Source: an uncultured Methanoregulaceae archaeon (GTDB lineage: Archaea; Halobacteriota; Methanomicrobia; Methanomicrobiales; Methanospirillaceae). From it: DNA of 64,000 bases. The notes beneath the pieces are model-generated. The model did not search any database. It saw only the letters and a list, made by a program, of their open reading frames with translations, and was not told where the DNA came from. The first letter of the stretch is position 1; the number at the start of each line of letters is the position of its first letter. Positions 1 through 10,913 of the stretch are shown here, piece by piece. Where the stretch lies: contig OY970061.1 in NCBI GenBank assembly GCA_963705255.1, forward strand, positions 1,888,001-1,952,000. Direction: 5' to 3'. The position numbers and the translations under genes are program-made.

Positions 1-1011
1 GGTGGGACCGGTGACGGGTTTGCCATGGGGTACCGTGCAGGTGCCGAACTGATCGATATGGAGATGGTCCAGTTCCACCCGACCGGGGCAGTCTCCCCCT
101 ACGATGCCCGGGGGAGACTCGTGACCGAAGCGGTCCGTGGCGAGGGGGGTATCCTGCTGAACGCGAAAGGGGAACGGTTCATGAAAAACTATGATCCCGG
201 GCGGATGGAGCTCTCCACCCGGGACCTCGTCGCCCGGGCGATCGCGACCGAGATTGTGCAGGGAAGGGGAACGGAGCACGGCGGGGTCTATCTCGACGTG
301 ACCCACCTCCCGCGGGAGCAGGTCGAGACCCGCCTGCCGGTCATGCTCGAACAGTTCCTGAAGTTCGGTGTGGATATCCGGAACGAGCCGATGGAGGTGG
401 CACCCACGGCCCACCACATCATGGGAGGACTCCGGATCACACCTGAAGGGCGGACTACCCTGCCCGGGCTGTTTGCCTGCGGAGAGGTCGCAGGAGGCGT
501 GCACGGTGCCAACAGGCTTGGCGGGAACTCACTGGCCGACACGCAGGTTTTCGGGAAACGTGCCGGTGAGGCAGCGGGAAGATCTGAAAAACGAGAGAAA
601 ACGGTTGACCTGCGCCAGGTCGAGACCCAGGAGGTGCGGCTCGCGGGCTTCCTCTCCGGGAACACCAACCCGGCTCTCGTCCGCAGGGAACTCCAGCTGG
701 CGATGTGGCAGGGGGCTGGCATCTTCAGGAATGCGGGGGATCTCGACAAGACGCTCCGGACGATACGGCAGCTCTCGGCAGTCAATCTCCGGGCAGCTTC
801 CTTAAGGAACCTTGCCGAGTGCTGTATCGTCCAGAACATGTGCCTTACCTCATCGCTCATCTGCAGGAGCGCTCTTCAGCGCAAAGAATCCCGGGGGGCG
901 CACGTCCGGACCGATATTCCCCAGTCGTATGGTGCTGAACACTCCCCGTTCGGCCACACCTTTATCTCGCAGTCCCGCGAGGGAATCGAAAACCGGGAGG
1001 GAATCGCATGA
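1..1011 (+). CDS. tfrA: Thiol:fumarate reductase flavoprotein subunit A (5'-truncated by window)
   Basis: Frame open from base 1 (GTGDGFAMGYRAGA). Contains MEMVQFHPT, EAVRGEGG, HGANRLGGNSL and ESRGAH motifs; overlaps the CCG-containing B subunit. Confidence 0.9.
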   Translation, partial: GGTGDGFAMGYRAGAELIDMEMVQFHPTGAVSPYDARGRLVTEAVRGEGGILLNAKGERFMKNYDPGRMELSTRDLVARAIATEIVQGRGTEHGGVYLDVTHLPREQVETRLPVMLEQFLKFGVDIRNEPMEVAPTAHHIMGGLRITPEGRTTLPGLFACGEVAGGVHGANRLGGNSLADTQVFGKRAGEAAGRSEKREKTVDLRQVETQEVRLAGFLSGNTNPALVRRELQLAMWQGAGIFRNAGDLDKTLRTIRQLSAVNLRAASLRNLAECCIVQNMCLTSSLICRSALQRKESRGAHVRTDIPQSYGAEHSPFGHTFISQSREGIENREGIA

Positions 1012-2474
1012 AGGAACTGACCGTCAGGGTATTCCGGTTCGACCCGGAACAAGAGCGTGAGGGGCATCTCGAGACCTACACAGTCACGGTCAATGAGGGT
1101 GCCCGCGTTCTTCATGTGCTTCATGCCATCCATGACGGGATTGACCCGACACTCTCGTACCGCTATTCCTGCGCCTCCGGCCAGTGCGGGAGCTGTGCCG
1201 TGCGGGTGAATGGTGAACCGGTGCTCGCCTGCATGGAAGAGGCTCACGACGGGATCATGATCGAACCCCTGAACCTCGCGGTGAAAAAGGACCTCATGAC
1301 CGATCTGGTGCCAAGACTCGAGGAAATTGCGTACCTGCTGCCGAAGAAGGAGACCGTGCTTCCAAAAAAAGCAGACATCGATGCCATGAAACCCTTCAGG
1401 GACTGCATCGAATGCCTCTGCTGTGTCTCGGTCTGCCCTGCTGTCGACGTGACAAAGTTCCTCGGGCCGACGGCGATGCGTCAGGAGATGCGGCTCGCGC
1501 TCGATCCCCGCGACAGCGGGGACAGGATTTCAGATGCAGTCCGTGAGGGCCTTTTTACCTGCACCAGCTGCCAGGCCTGCTGGAAGGTCTGCCCGAAGGA
1601 GATAGAGATCCCGGGAAAGGCGATCGAGAAACTCCGGGCGCACGCAAACAAGAGGGGGTTCACCCTGCCCCGTCACCGGGAAGTGGCAGCACTCATCAAG
1701 GAGACCGGACGGAGTGTGCCCCGCACCACGGAATCGTTCCTTGAAAGAGTGGGTGAAGTTATCGAACCATACGGCCCGGTGAAGGCGACCGTCGGGTTCT
1801 TCATTGGTTGCATGTACAACCTCCGGCAGCAGCAATCGGCACTCGACGCGATCGAGGTGCTCCGGCGTAACGGGATCCGGGTCATTGTTCCCCGGGAACA
1901 GGTCTGCTGCGGTTCGCCCCTGATCCGAACCGGGCAGCTTGATTATGTTGATACCCTGAAAAAGCGGAATATCGAGATCTTCACGTCCCGGAAGATCGAC
2001 ATCGTCCTGACGATGTGCGCCGGCTGCGGTTCCACCCTGAAGAACGATTATACAACGCCATTTAAGGTCATGGACATCAACGAGATCCTCACGAAGTACG
2101 GCATTGAACCCCCGGCACGTCTCCCGATCAAGGCAACGTACCACGATCCCTGCCACCTCATGCGCGGGCAGGGCATCCATGACCAGCCCCGCGAGCTGAT
2201 CCGGCAGGTCGTGGACCTCGTCGAGATGCCCCCGATCTGCTGCGGTTCCGGCGGGGGCGTCCGGTCCGGCAACCCCGAGGAGGCGGCAACCTTGGGCAGC
2301 AGGCGGGGAGAGGAGATAAAAAAGACGGGTGCGGAGATCGTGATCACCTCTTGCCCGTTCTGCGAGTTCCACATTGCCGGGCATACCGATAAGCCGGTCA
2401 GGAATATTGCAAGTGTCCTTCTGGAAGGATACCGGGCGAAAGACCGGAAAAAAGGGATGCGGGCCGGGCACTGA
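1008..2474 (+). CDS. tfrB: Thiol:fumarate reductase (CoM/CoB) Fe-S subunit B
   Basis: N-terminal 2Fe-2S motif (CASGQCGSC), two CxxCxxCxxxCP motifs and two CCG domains (QVCCG; YHDPCH...ICCG). ATGA overlap with tfrA. Confidence 0.9.
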   Translation: MKELTVRVFRFDPEQEREGHLETYTVTVNEGARVLHVLHAIHDGIDPTLSYRYSCASGQCGSCAVRVNGEPVLACMEEAHDGIMIEPLNLAVKKDLMTDLVPRLEEIAYLLPKKETVLPKKADIDAMKPFRDCIECLCCVSVCPAVDVTKFLGPTAMRQEMRLALDPRDSGDRISDAVREGLFTCTSCQACWKVCPKEIEIPGKAIEKLRAHANKRGFTLPRHREVAALIKETGRSVPRTTESFLERVGEVIEPYGPVKATVGFFIGCMYNLRQQQSALDAIEVLRRNGIRVIVPREQVCCGSPLIRTGQLDYVDTLKKRNIEIFTSRKIDIVLTMCAGCGSTLKNDYTTPFKVMDINEILTKYGIEPPARLPIKATYHDPCHLMRGQGIHDQPRELIRQVVDLVEMPPICCGSGGGVRSGNPEEAATLGSRRGEEIKKTGAEIVITSCPFCEFHIAGHTDKPVRNIASVLLEGYRAKDRKKGMRAGH

Positions 2475-2513
2475 TCTCATGAGGGGGGCCGGTCATGGTG
2501 CTTGAGCGGTTCC

Positions 2514-3671
2514 TTAGTCTTTGAACGTTCTCATCAGATACTCGTACGTTTCCAGAGCTGCCTTTGCCCCGTCACCAGAAGCAATGACGATCTGCTTGCT
2601 CTTGACGTTTGTCACGTCTCCTGCTGCAAAAATGCCGGGCATGCTGGTCCGGCCGTTCAGGTCAACGACAATCTCCTGCTTCTCGTTCAGTTCGACGAGT
2701 CCTGCCACCATATCCGTATTGGGCAGCCAGCCGATTTCGATAAATAGACCGTCGAGACCGATCTTCTGTTCTGCCCCTTTCTCGTCCCTGATGGTGACAG
2801 CGTCAAGGAATTTGTCGCCATGAAGTGCGGTTATCGTGGTGTTGGTATGGACGGTAATGTTCTTCTTGGTCTTCAGTTTCTCGATGTAGACCTGATCTGC
2901 CCGGACAGAGCTGCGGACAATCAGGATTACGGACCGGGCAATCTCACCCATTTCGAGCGCGGTCTGCAGTGCGGAGTTTCCCCCGCCCACAACTGCAACC
3001 CGTTTTTCCCTGAAAAGGGGGCCGTCGCAGGTAGAACAGACCGACAGCCCGCGGCCGAGAAACTTCCCCTCGTCTGCAACACCCAGGTTCCGGGGGCGGT
3101 TGCCCTGCGTGAGGATCAGGCTTTTGGCCCGCACGGTATTATCCGAGATGGTTCTGATAATGAAGATATCGTCCTCTTTTGAGATAGAGGTGACCTTATC
3201 GAGTTCAAGCCGTATGTTGAGCGTCCGGGCCTGCTCCTCGAATTTTTTCATCAGGTCTTCCCCGGTGATCATGCGATAGCCCATGTAATTCTCGATCGCC
3301 CACGACTCCAGTGCCTGCCCCCCGATATTTTCACTGATAATCAGCGTGTACAGCATTTTCCGGGCACAGTAGACACCGGCCGTAAGCCCCGCCGGGCCTG
3401 CACCGACGATCAGGACATCATACGTATCTGTCACTGGCGGCTCGCCGAAGAGTTCGTTCAGCCTCTGGGTATCGAAGCCGACGATTACTTCATCGCCAAC
3501 GGTAATGACCGGAACTCCGCGCTGACCGGAGAGCTCGATCATCTTTGCTGCAGCTTTTTCATCGGCACCGACATCGACGTTTTCGTAAGGCACACCGTAT
3601 TTTTCGAGAAATGACTTGGCCATCCGGCAGTACGGACAGTTTTTTGTCGAATAGACGGTTACTCTGGTCAT
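2514..3671 (-). CDS. Glutaredoxin/NrdH-domain thioredoxin reductase fusion
   Basis: N-terminal CPYC glutaredoxin (QRGVPVI...VGFD) fused to TrxR with GAGPAG, CSTC and GGGNSA. Start placed at ATG 3671. Confidence 0.85.
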   Translation of the reverse strand: MTRVTVYSTKNCPYCRMAKSFLEKYGVPYENVDVGADEKAAAKMIELSGQRGVPVITVGDEVIVGFDTQRLNELFGEPPVTDTYDVLIVGAGPAGLTAGVYCARKMLYTLIISENIGGQALESWAIENYMGYRMITGEDLMKKFEEQARTLNIRLELDKVTSISKEDDIFIIRTISDNTVRAKSLILTQGNRPRNLGVADEGKFLGRGLSVCSTCDGPLFREKRVAVVGGGNSALQTALEMGEIARSVILIVRSSVRADQVYIEKLKTKKNITVHTNTTITALHGDKFLDAVTIRDEKGAEQKIGLDGLFIEIGWLPNTDMVAGLVELNEKQEIVVDLNGRTSMPGIFAAGDVTNVKSKQIVIASGDGAKAALETYEYLMRTFKD

Positions 3672-3789
3672 TATGCCGGAAATGCTCCGGTATACCATAA
3701 AGATATTGACAGGAGCAGATATTCGGATTCAATGCATGTATCGCAATCTTCTTTTTGGTCGACTCCCAATACACCATTGATACGAGACT

Positions 3790-5082
3790 ATGAGCGCCGT
3801 ACCTTCCGTCCGGGATATTCCTGTCAGAATCTTTTTTTGTCTCCTAGTCCTCTTTCTGGTCAGCGGGGTTCAGGCTTCCGCCTCAACCCTGAATGCCCCT
3901 CTGGAACCGGGGGTATATCTCAATTTCAATGAAGGAAGCGGGACAATTGCCATGGATGCATCCGGGCATGGAAACGCCGGAGCCATAACCGGTGCCGAAC
4001 GGGTCGACAGCGGGGGGTGCGGGCAGGCACTTGTATTTGACGGGACAGATGATTACGTCAGCATCCCATTCAGTTCCGAGAACCACCCGGAGAAGCAGAT
4101 TTCCGTATCCACGTGGTTTTATGTTGATTCGTACTATCCCCAGGTTTTGATCTCCAGTTATGATGATGGCGGCTATCGGCTTGGCTTTGACGACGGCAGT
4201 GACCTGTGGTGGACAATAAACCTGGAGGGTAGCGGAGATATATCAATTCCTGTCCAACATGAGGGGATTACGCTATCCCAGTGGCACCACGTTGTGGCTA
4301 CTTATGACGGAAAAACCTCAAAAATCTATCTTGATGGCATATTGAGAAACGAAGTGAATGCATCCGGCCCGATCCATTACGAATACCAGAACTATGTCAT
4401 GCTGGGTGCCGATGCAGGACCTTCAAATACACCCGATTCAGACTGTCCACAGTATTTCGGGGGAGGTCTCGACGAGGTCAAGATATACGATACAGCGATG
4501 ACATACAGCCAGGTGATGGATGACCGGTTCAGCTGCTCCATGGCGCCGGTCGTACAGTCCCAGGGTGCTCCGAAGGTAAGAACTCCAGTATATTTCTGCA
4601 CTGGCGGCGGTACTTTCTATCTTGGAGCCCGTGAACCGGTATCGCGCGTCCTCACATTTTTTGGCAGGGGTCAGAATGAGACATTGAAGATTATCACACA
4701 ACCGGGTTCAACGCTTATCGCAAAAGTATCTGATCGTTATACGAAACCATTCCCGGATACCTGGTACGTTGAAATTTCGGATGAACACGGAAGAGCGGCA
4801 CAATCCATCATATCACCCAACACCAGCAGCACGCTGGTTACTGCAATCATACCTTCAGGCAATGCAACGATACTTGTCAGTTACTACGACGGGAAGGATC
4901 GTTTCCCCTCGAGCGCCGCCCTATGGTTTGAAAGTATTCCGCCCCCTCCCCCGCTCTCCATCATACAGCAGAATATCCTGATCAACCCGATCATCGTGAT
5001 TTACTCGGCATCCTGGGCAACCCTGATAGCGTTGATCCTCGTCGTTGTGTGGCTTCACAGGCGCAGGACCGGTCCAAAATAA
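3790..5082 (+). CDS. Secreted, membrane-anchored LamG/concanavalin-A-like domain protein
   Basis: Signal peptide; LamG-type motifs (FNEGSG, ALVFDGTDDY, WHHVVATYDG, LDEVKIY); C-terminal TM helix followed by RRR. Confidence 0.8.
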   Translation: MSAVPSVRDIPVRIFFCLLVLFLVSGVQASASTLNAPLEPGVYLNFNEGSGTIAMDASGHGNAGAITGAERVDSGGCGQALVFDGTDDYVSIPFSSENHPEKQISVSTWFYVDSYYPQVLISSYDDGGYRLGFDDGSDLWWTINLEGSGDISIPVQHEGITLSQWHHVVATYDGKTSKIYLDGILRNEVNASGPIHYEYQNYVMLGADAGPSNTPDSDCPQYFGGGLDEVKIYDTAMTYSQVMDDRFSCSMAPVVQSQGAPKVRTPVYFCTGGGTFYLGAREPVSRVLTFFGRGQNETLKIITQPGSTLIAKVSDRYTKPFPDTWYVEISDEHGRAAQSIISPNTSSTLVTAIIPSGNATILVSYYDGKDRFPSSAALWFESIPPPPPLSIIQQNILINPIIVIYSASWATLIALILVVVWLHRRRTGPK

Positions 5083-5115
5083 AAAAATCGGGCTGTGGGG
5101 GTGAAATCCTCCCGT

Positions 5116-5619
5116 TCACAACGTGATTTCCCTGAACTGCTTGCCGAAAACTCCGCAGATCGGGCATTTCTCCGGGGGTTTCCCGAGTTCAATGTTCCCG
5201 CATACCGGACAGAGAAAAACCTTTTCCCGGCTAAAATCCTTTCCTGATTTCACTGCATCGAGCGCTCTTTTGTAAAGAGATGCGTGCACCTGTTCTGCCT
5301 TCATCGCATATGTGAAGGCCAGCACCGCATCCGTTCTCTTTTCGCCTTCAGCGACACTGATAAAATCAGGATACATTTTCATATATTCGTGAGTTTCGCC
5401 TGCAATGCCCGCTTCAAGGTTCTTCTCAGTGGATCCGACTGTCGCAAGCACCTTGAGGAGCTTTTTGGCATGGATCGCCTCCGCTTCAGAAGCTGCCTTA
5501 AAGAGGGTTGCTACCGTTTTGAACCCTTCTTCCGCGGCTTTTTCAGAAAACACCTGGTATTTCCGGTTTGCCTGAGATTCTCCGGCAAACGCCTCCTTTG
5601 CATTCTCAACTGTTGCCAT
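5116..5619 (-). CDS. rbr: Rubrerythrin
   Basis: AFAGESQA and EAIHA/EQVHA diiron motifs, with a C-terminal rubredoxin CPVC...CPIC. Confidence 0.92.
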   Translation of the reverse strand: MATVENAKEAFAGESQANRKYQVFSEKAAEEGFKTVATLFKAASEAEAIHAKKLLKVLATVGSTEKNLEAGIAGETHEYMKMYPDFISVAEGEKRTDAVLAFTYAMKAEQVHASLYKRALDAVKSGKDFSREKVFLCPVCGNIELGKPPEKCPICGVFGKQFREITL

Positions 5620-5815
5620 ACGGCAATGGTATGGTAAGAGACTGACTTAAAGATTCTTCATGGGGCATACGCGGGAAAATTCTCCTTTTTTGAGGACTCC
5701 GGAAAAAATAATTTATGGTGAATATAAAAAGAAAGATATTTGTTATCCCGCGGACAATTCTATTTCCACGCAGTACCCGAAGAAGGTAACCTGCGGACAG
5801 TTACCGGGTTGTTCC

Positions 5816-6485
5816 ATGAAAAAAATGAAAGATCTCCCTCTCCACGACCGGCCACGTGAAAAAATTGCCCAGCGGGGGGTATCGGGTACTCTCCGATCAT
5901 GAGTTGATCGAAGCAATTATCGGAAGGGGGACAAAGAGGAAAGACGTCCGGGAAATTGCAAAAGAGATCGATGAGATCCTCAGGGAACAACGACCGGGGG
6001 TCCGGTTTGAGGATCTCATGTCAATTGAGGGGGTCGGCTCGACCAAGGCATCCCAGTTGATGGCTTGTTTTGAACTGGGCAGGCGATATTTTACCACAGC
6101 CGGTGATGCGCACAAAATTACCAGACCGGAAGATATCCTTCCTCTTGTAGCTCATCTTAAAGATAAAAAACAGGAGTATTTTATCTGCATCACCCTCAAT
6201 GGTGCAGGGGAAGTCCTCGGTAACCGGATCGTGACGGTGGGTCTCCTGAATCACAGTCTCGTGCACCCGAGAGAAGTGTTTGCCGATGCCATCACCGACC
6301 GGGCAGCCTCAATAATCTGCGTACACAACCATCCATCAGGCTCTCTCGAACCAAGCAGCCAGGATATTGCCATCACGGCCCAGCTGAGAGATGCGGGATC
6401 GCTGGTCGGCATCCAGCTCATCGACCATATCATCATCGCAAAGAGTGGTCATTTGAGCCTGAGGGAAAGAGGTTTTCTATCGTAA
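5816..6485 (+). CDS. radC: RadC/JAB-domain protein, +1 frameshift near 5875-5886
   Basis: MKKMKDLPLHDRPREK N-terminus is in one frame; LSDHELIEAIIGRGT...VHPREVF...HNHPSG is in another. The shift lies at G runs. Confidence 0.85.
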
Positions 6486-6705
6486 CTGAGGGTTTTAACC
6501 ATGAGGTAAGGTGGCCGGCCGATATACGATCATACATGCCCAACTAAATTATGATAGGTCATCATGATGTTTTTCCTGACAGCCAGGGAAGCTTTCACAG
6601 CCTTCTGTTCTGTTGAATCTGCAAAAAATTATGTATATTACGGCCAATATCCCATGAAGAGCTGAATGGTTTTTGGAGGATGTGGTGAGAGAGATCATCC
6701 GTATA

Positions 6706-9043
6706 ATGGCAGCACTGGTTTCTGATTATCTGGAGAAATATTGCTCATCCTGCCATCCCAGGTACTCCCAGCGGTTCCTGCTTGTGATACTGGTGGCCGT
6801 GTCTCTTATCATGTTACCGGTATCCGCTGCAGACCAGAATGGGCTAGGCGGCTACGCCGGCATACAATGGGAACGGATGTTCGGGGGATCCCTCGCGGGG
6901 CAGGGGCACGCAGTTATCCTCACCGGAGAGGGCGGCTACATTGCGACCGGATCAGTAACCGGCTCTGACGGGAAGACCAATCTTTATGTCGTTATGACTG
7001 ACGGATCCGGCAACCAGATCTGGGATTACCATGGGGAGAAGGAGACCTATGAGGGGAACTCCATTATAGAGACAGCGGATAACGGTTTCGTTATTGCCGG
7101 AAGTTCCGGGGACCGTTATGGCGACGGCCTGCTCCTCCTGAAACTGGACAGTTCGGGCAACAAAGTGTGGAGTAACATTTTCAGGATCGGGCAATACGGG
7201 CAGGCGAACTCCGTAAAACAGACCAGCGATGGCGGGTTCATTGTTGTCGGTTCGGTAAAAAGTGACGATTCTTCTCCAACCGGCTGGGACGGGTATATCC
7301 TCAAGACCGATGACAAGGGCAATGAAGAGTGGAACCGGAATTTCAAAGGCCAGAAGGATGATTTTGGCAATGATATTGATCAGCTGCCTGACGGGAGTTA
7401 TATCGTTACGGGATCAACCGAAAGTTTTGGTTCCGGTGGCAAAGACCTCTTCCTGCTGAACCTGGATTCGAAAGGTGATATGGCGGGCTTTACCACGTTT
7501 GCTGGTCAGGGCAATGCTACGGGGATCTCCGTTTTCCAGAAAAGAAACGGCGGGGTGGCACTATCCGAGACCAGCTGCCCGTCTGCCAGCCCCGGATCCG
7601 GTTGTGAAGCCACCCTTATACGGACCAATGCCCTGAATGAGACCCTATGGGAAAAAAGCATCCCGCTATCAGATCCCGGCGCAGGGATCGCTGCCGGTGA
7701 ATCGTTTAACGGCGGGTACATGGTTGCCGGGTTTTTAGGGCCAAACGACACGCGGGGACCTGCCGGGGACCTTTTTGTAACTGCCATCGATGATACCGGA
7801 AATGAGGTTTCTACCCAGACATTTGCCTTGGGACAGATTGGGGAGATTTCGGGTATTGCAGCGCTGCCGGAAGGTGGGTTCGTGATCACGGGATCGGCCG
7901 GGGAGACCGGCTCTCAGTCCGGGACGAAATTTGCAATCGGCCGGATCGGGACCTCCCGTGGGAACACTGCAATGGCCCCTGCCCAGACCACTGAACAAAA
8001 AAATTTTGATCTTACAGGTACTGGTGAGGGAGGAGCATACCGGCGCAGATATCGGGCAGGCCCTTGTCTATCTTGACGGCAGTGCGGCGGGTTTAACATC
8101 CGATACGGATGGGGGCCTCCTCCTTTCCGCGGTAAGTCGCGGACAACACTCTGTCAGGGTGACAAAAGACGGTTACGAGGAGATTACCAGGACGGTGGAT
8201 GTGGAGTCCGACACAAGTTCGACCATCACGCTCAGCCCTTCAAAAGTCACACCCATCATTGTTCATGGTCCGGTGGAAGATAAGATAGACGTGGTTTTTG
8301 TGCCGTCAGAGACCGAATACAAAGGGGATACAAACCAAAAAATACCTGTGGACACGTATACTTCATGCCGCACCGCTTTTGAAAACGATGTAAACCGTCT
8401 GATCTCCTCGTACCTCAGTCTCGATTCGGTAACCTCCCGGAACATAGGGTTGCCGGCCGATTTCAGGGACCGTATGAATTTTTATTATTACTGGGATCCG
8501 GATAATTTTGCCGATGCTTTTGACGGGTGCGCCGGGACGCTGCCGGCTCACTTCTGGGAGAATGCCCCGTTCACGGATGTTGCAGTGATCGTATATCCGA
8601 CCTATATCGGATACTATACCGGCCCGCCCGGCGAACCCAACGGTTGCGCCAGCGGTCTGGGGCTGGGGTCTCATATCTGGTTCAAGATCTCTGCGGATGC
8701 AGGACGACTCATTTACCATGAGAACGGGCATGCCATGTTCGGACTTGTCGACACCTACTGCGGCGATACCTATTACGTGGAGAATGACCCCGATCCAAAT
8801 GTCTGGAGCAGCGAGAGTGCCTGCATCGCCAGTGCAAAGGCCGGCCAGTGGGACGCATCCGTCTGTTACCAGATACGTGGAATGACTTCCGGCATTTCAT
8901 CAAGAACGTGTGTAAAACAGTTCTGGGACTGGGATCCTGAACCGGACATCATGGGCAACGGAGCGTATTCGGGGACATTTGGCAATGCCTCCACGACACG
9001 GATAACGTATATCTTCGATTCCATAAACGGGGGGAAGTCATGA
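6706..9043 (+). CDS. Secreted multidomain protein: propeller-like repeats, PEGA-like domain and M64-like zinc metallopeptidase domain (frameshift near 8017)
   Basis: Signal peptide and repeated DGGFIVVG/LKTDDKGNEEW units. Second frame has VYLDG...VRVTKDGY (PEGA), DKIDVVFVP and HENGHAMFGLVDTY (HExxH). Removing one base near 8017 joins the frames. Confidence 0.65.
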
Positions 9044-9636
9044 AGAAAACGGCCCTGGCCTTTGGGATACTTCTCATCAGTCTTCTGATCGTGCCCGTCC
9101 ATGGGTATCCCGGGGAAGACTACACCAAGATCCTGGTACTGCACCTGAATTTCAGCCATGACCAGGTAACAGAACAGTCAGTTGAGATGCAGTACGGGCA
9201 TCCGCCAAACCTGGGGATCGAGAGCGGCGATATCCTGGGCAGCCTGAAAACAGTTGACGGAAAGATCATCCGTGAGTTCGATCTCTCGGATCCCCGTGTC
9301 CAGCTGGGCGACGCAATTGTGCGGAATAATGGTACGAATCAATCTATTACCGGATCGGCTTATTATTCCGACAGCGCGGACTTTACCCTCGTCTTGCCCT
9401 ATTACCAGAACCAGATGACCCTCGATCTTACGGACAAAAACACCGGCAGGTTGTTGAAAAGCGTCAATTTTTCACAGGCTATTGAACGTTTCCAGAGAGA
9501 GTATCCGGATGACCCTGGCGGGATTCCGGTTTACCAGTTCACGCTGGAAGGATCCACTCCCCTTTATCTGGTCACGGGAATCGGGCTCTCCGTGCTCTTA
9601 CTGGTAGTGATCCTCATGATGTCGCGAAAGAAGTAA
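9040..9636 (+). CDS. Secreted/membrane-anchored hypothetical protein
   Basis: Signal peptide, C-terminal TM helix plus RKK; ATGA-coupled to the upstream peptidase gene. Confidence 0.7.
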   Translation: MKKTALAFGILLISLLIVPVHGYPGEDYTKILVLHLNFSHDQVTEQSVEMQYGHPPNLGIESGDILGSLKTVDGKIIREFDLSDPRVQLGDAIVRNNGTNQSITGSAYYSDSADFTLVLPYYQNQMTLDLTDKNTGRLLKSVNFSQAIERFQREYPDDPGGIPVYQFTLEGSTPLYLVTGIGLSVLLLVVILMMSRKK

Positions 9637-9694
9637 CCCGGCATACGGGTCTTCCCATAGACTTCCCTCGTTCAGATGCCTCAAGGATTTCGGG

Positions 9695-10288
9695 TCAGGG
9701 ATTGAGGGTCTTCCCGAGCGCGAATCCCTTGGCGTAAGCGGCTTCAAGGAGATCCGGCTGCGTACGAAGGTCTCCTTTCGTATCCATTCCGCTGATCAGC
9801 AGCTCGTCCCGGAGCTTGCAGTCAATAATCGTGAGAAATGCAGAGATGGTCAGTTTGGCCCCTACGAAAACCTCGGGGATATCCATTCCTGAAATACATA
9901 TGACAACCGCTTTTCGCCGGGCTCTTTGTTCTGCAGTGAAAAAAGATTGTTTCCTGACATACTTTGCCATGAAGAATACCTGGAACCGGTCAAAGAAGGA
10001 TTTCAGTTTTCCCGGAACCCCCATTGTCATAACAGGCGTTGCGATGATCAGGCTGTCCATTTCCCTGAATTTCTGGTACATTGCCTGCATGTCATCGTCC
10101 AGGATACAGGTCTCGTGCTCTTTGCAGAACATCATCTCCATACAGGGCTGAAAATCCAGGTTCGCGACCACAATTTTTTCAACCGTGCACCCGGCATCCT
10201 CGGCGCCTTTAAGAGCCCTGTCCAGTAGCAGTGCAGTATTTCCTTCCGGTAACGGGCTGCCAAGTATCCCGATGATCTTCCCGGTCAT
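9695..10288 (-). CDS. Flavodoxin-like iron-sulfur flavoprotein (NADPH-dependent FMN reductase family)
   Basis: GSPLPEGNT FMN-binding loop, Cys motif and LKSFFDR. Confidence 0.85.
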   Translation of the reverse strand: MTGKIIGILGSPLPEGNTALLLDRALKGAEDAGCTVEKIVVANLDFQPCMEMMFCKEHETCILDDDMQAMYQKFREMDSLIIATPVMTMGVPGKLKSFFDRFQVFFMAKYVRKQSFFTAEQRARRKAVVICISGMDIPEVFVGAKLTISAFLTIIDCKLRDELLISGMDTKGDLRTQPDLLEAAYAKGFALGKTLNP

Positions 10289-10433
10289 ACTACAACTGAA
10301 GAAAAATATGCAATAAAGGTTTGCAATGGACTACTACGAGAAAGATCACGGCCCGTACGGTGCTTCGGGGAAAAAGTGCACGAACACAACTCATATATAT
10401 CTTTGACGTGAATGAGAGGTTTGGTGTTTTCTA

Positions 10434-10664
10434 ATGACCGAACAGAAGACGTACATTGCAGGACAGAAAGTGGGTCCGGGCAAATATGTGTGCATAGACT
10501 GCGGAAAAGAACTTACGCTCGACAAGAGCGAGCAGGACCTCAGGAAGTGTCCTGCCTGCTCCTGCGCAGAGTACCAGTGCTTCCCGATGACCCATATCCG
10601 CCCGGATGTCAAGACTCCTGAAGATGCCAAAAACCCGCCCAAACGCGGCAAGAGTTTCCAGTAA
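10434..10664 (+). CDS. Small zinc-ribbon protein
   Basis: PGKYVCIDCG...KCPACSC; AT-rich TATA-like tract at 10393-10400 upstream. Confidence 0.7.
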   Translation: MTEQKTYIAGQKVGPGKYVCIDCGKELTLDKSEQDLRKCPACSCAEYQCFPMTHIRPDVKTPEDAKNPPKRGKSFQ

Positions 10665-10781
10665 CTTCTTATTTTTTCAAGCGCCGTACCGTCGTGATGA
10701 ATACGGGTGTTGAACGCCTGAGAGACTATTGAACGTCCCATGGACGCTCAGCCCCGGGAAGAGTCCTGAAAGCAAGGTATC

Positions 10782-10907
10782 ATGGTTAACGTATCGAAAG
10801 AGGGGCAGGTCTTCAAATGCGAGATCTGCGGGAATGTCGTTGTCGTGAAGGAAGCAGGTGGCGGCGAGCTTGTCTGCTGCGGAGAACCGATGCAACTGGT
10901 TGAGTGA
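10782..10907 (+). CDS. Desulforedoxin-like 41-aa Fe-Cys4 protein (absent from ORF track)
   Basis: Translated by hand as [41 protein letters not shown], with the CxxC...CC desulforedoxin signature. Confidence 0.9.
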   Translation: MVNVSKEGQVFKCEICGNVVVVKEAGGGELVCCGEPMQLVE

Positions 10908-10913
10908 GTGATT

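Noticed and set aside
5816-6485. radC as marker of a mobile or defence island
   Set aside because: No integrase, transposase or defence genes are adjacent; it looks like a chromosomal radC.
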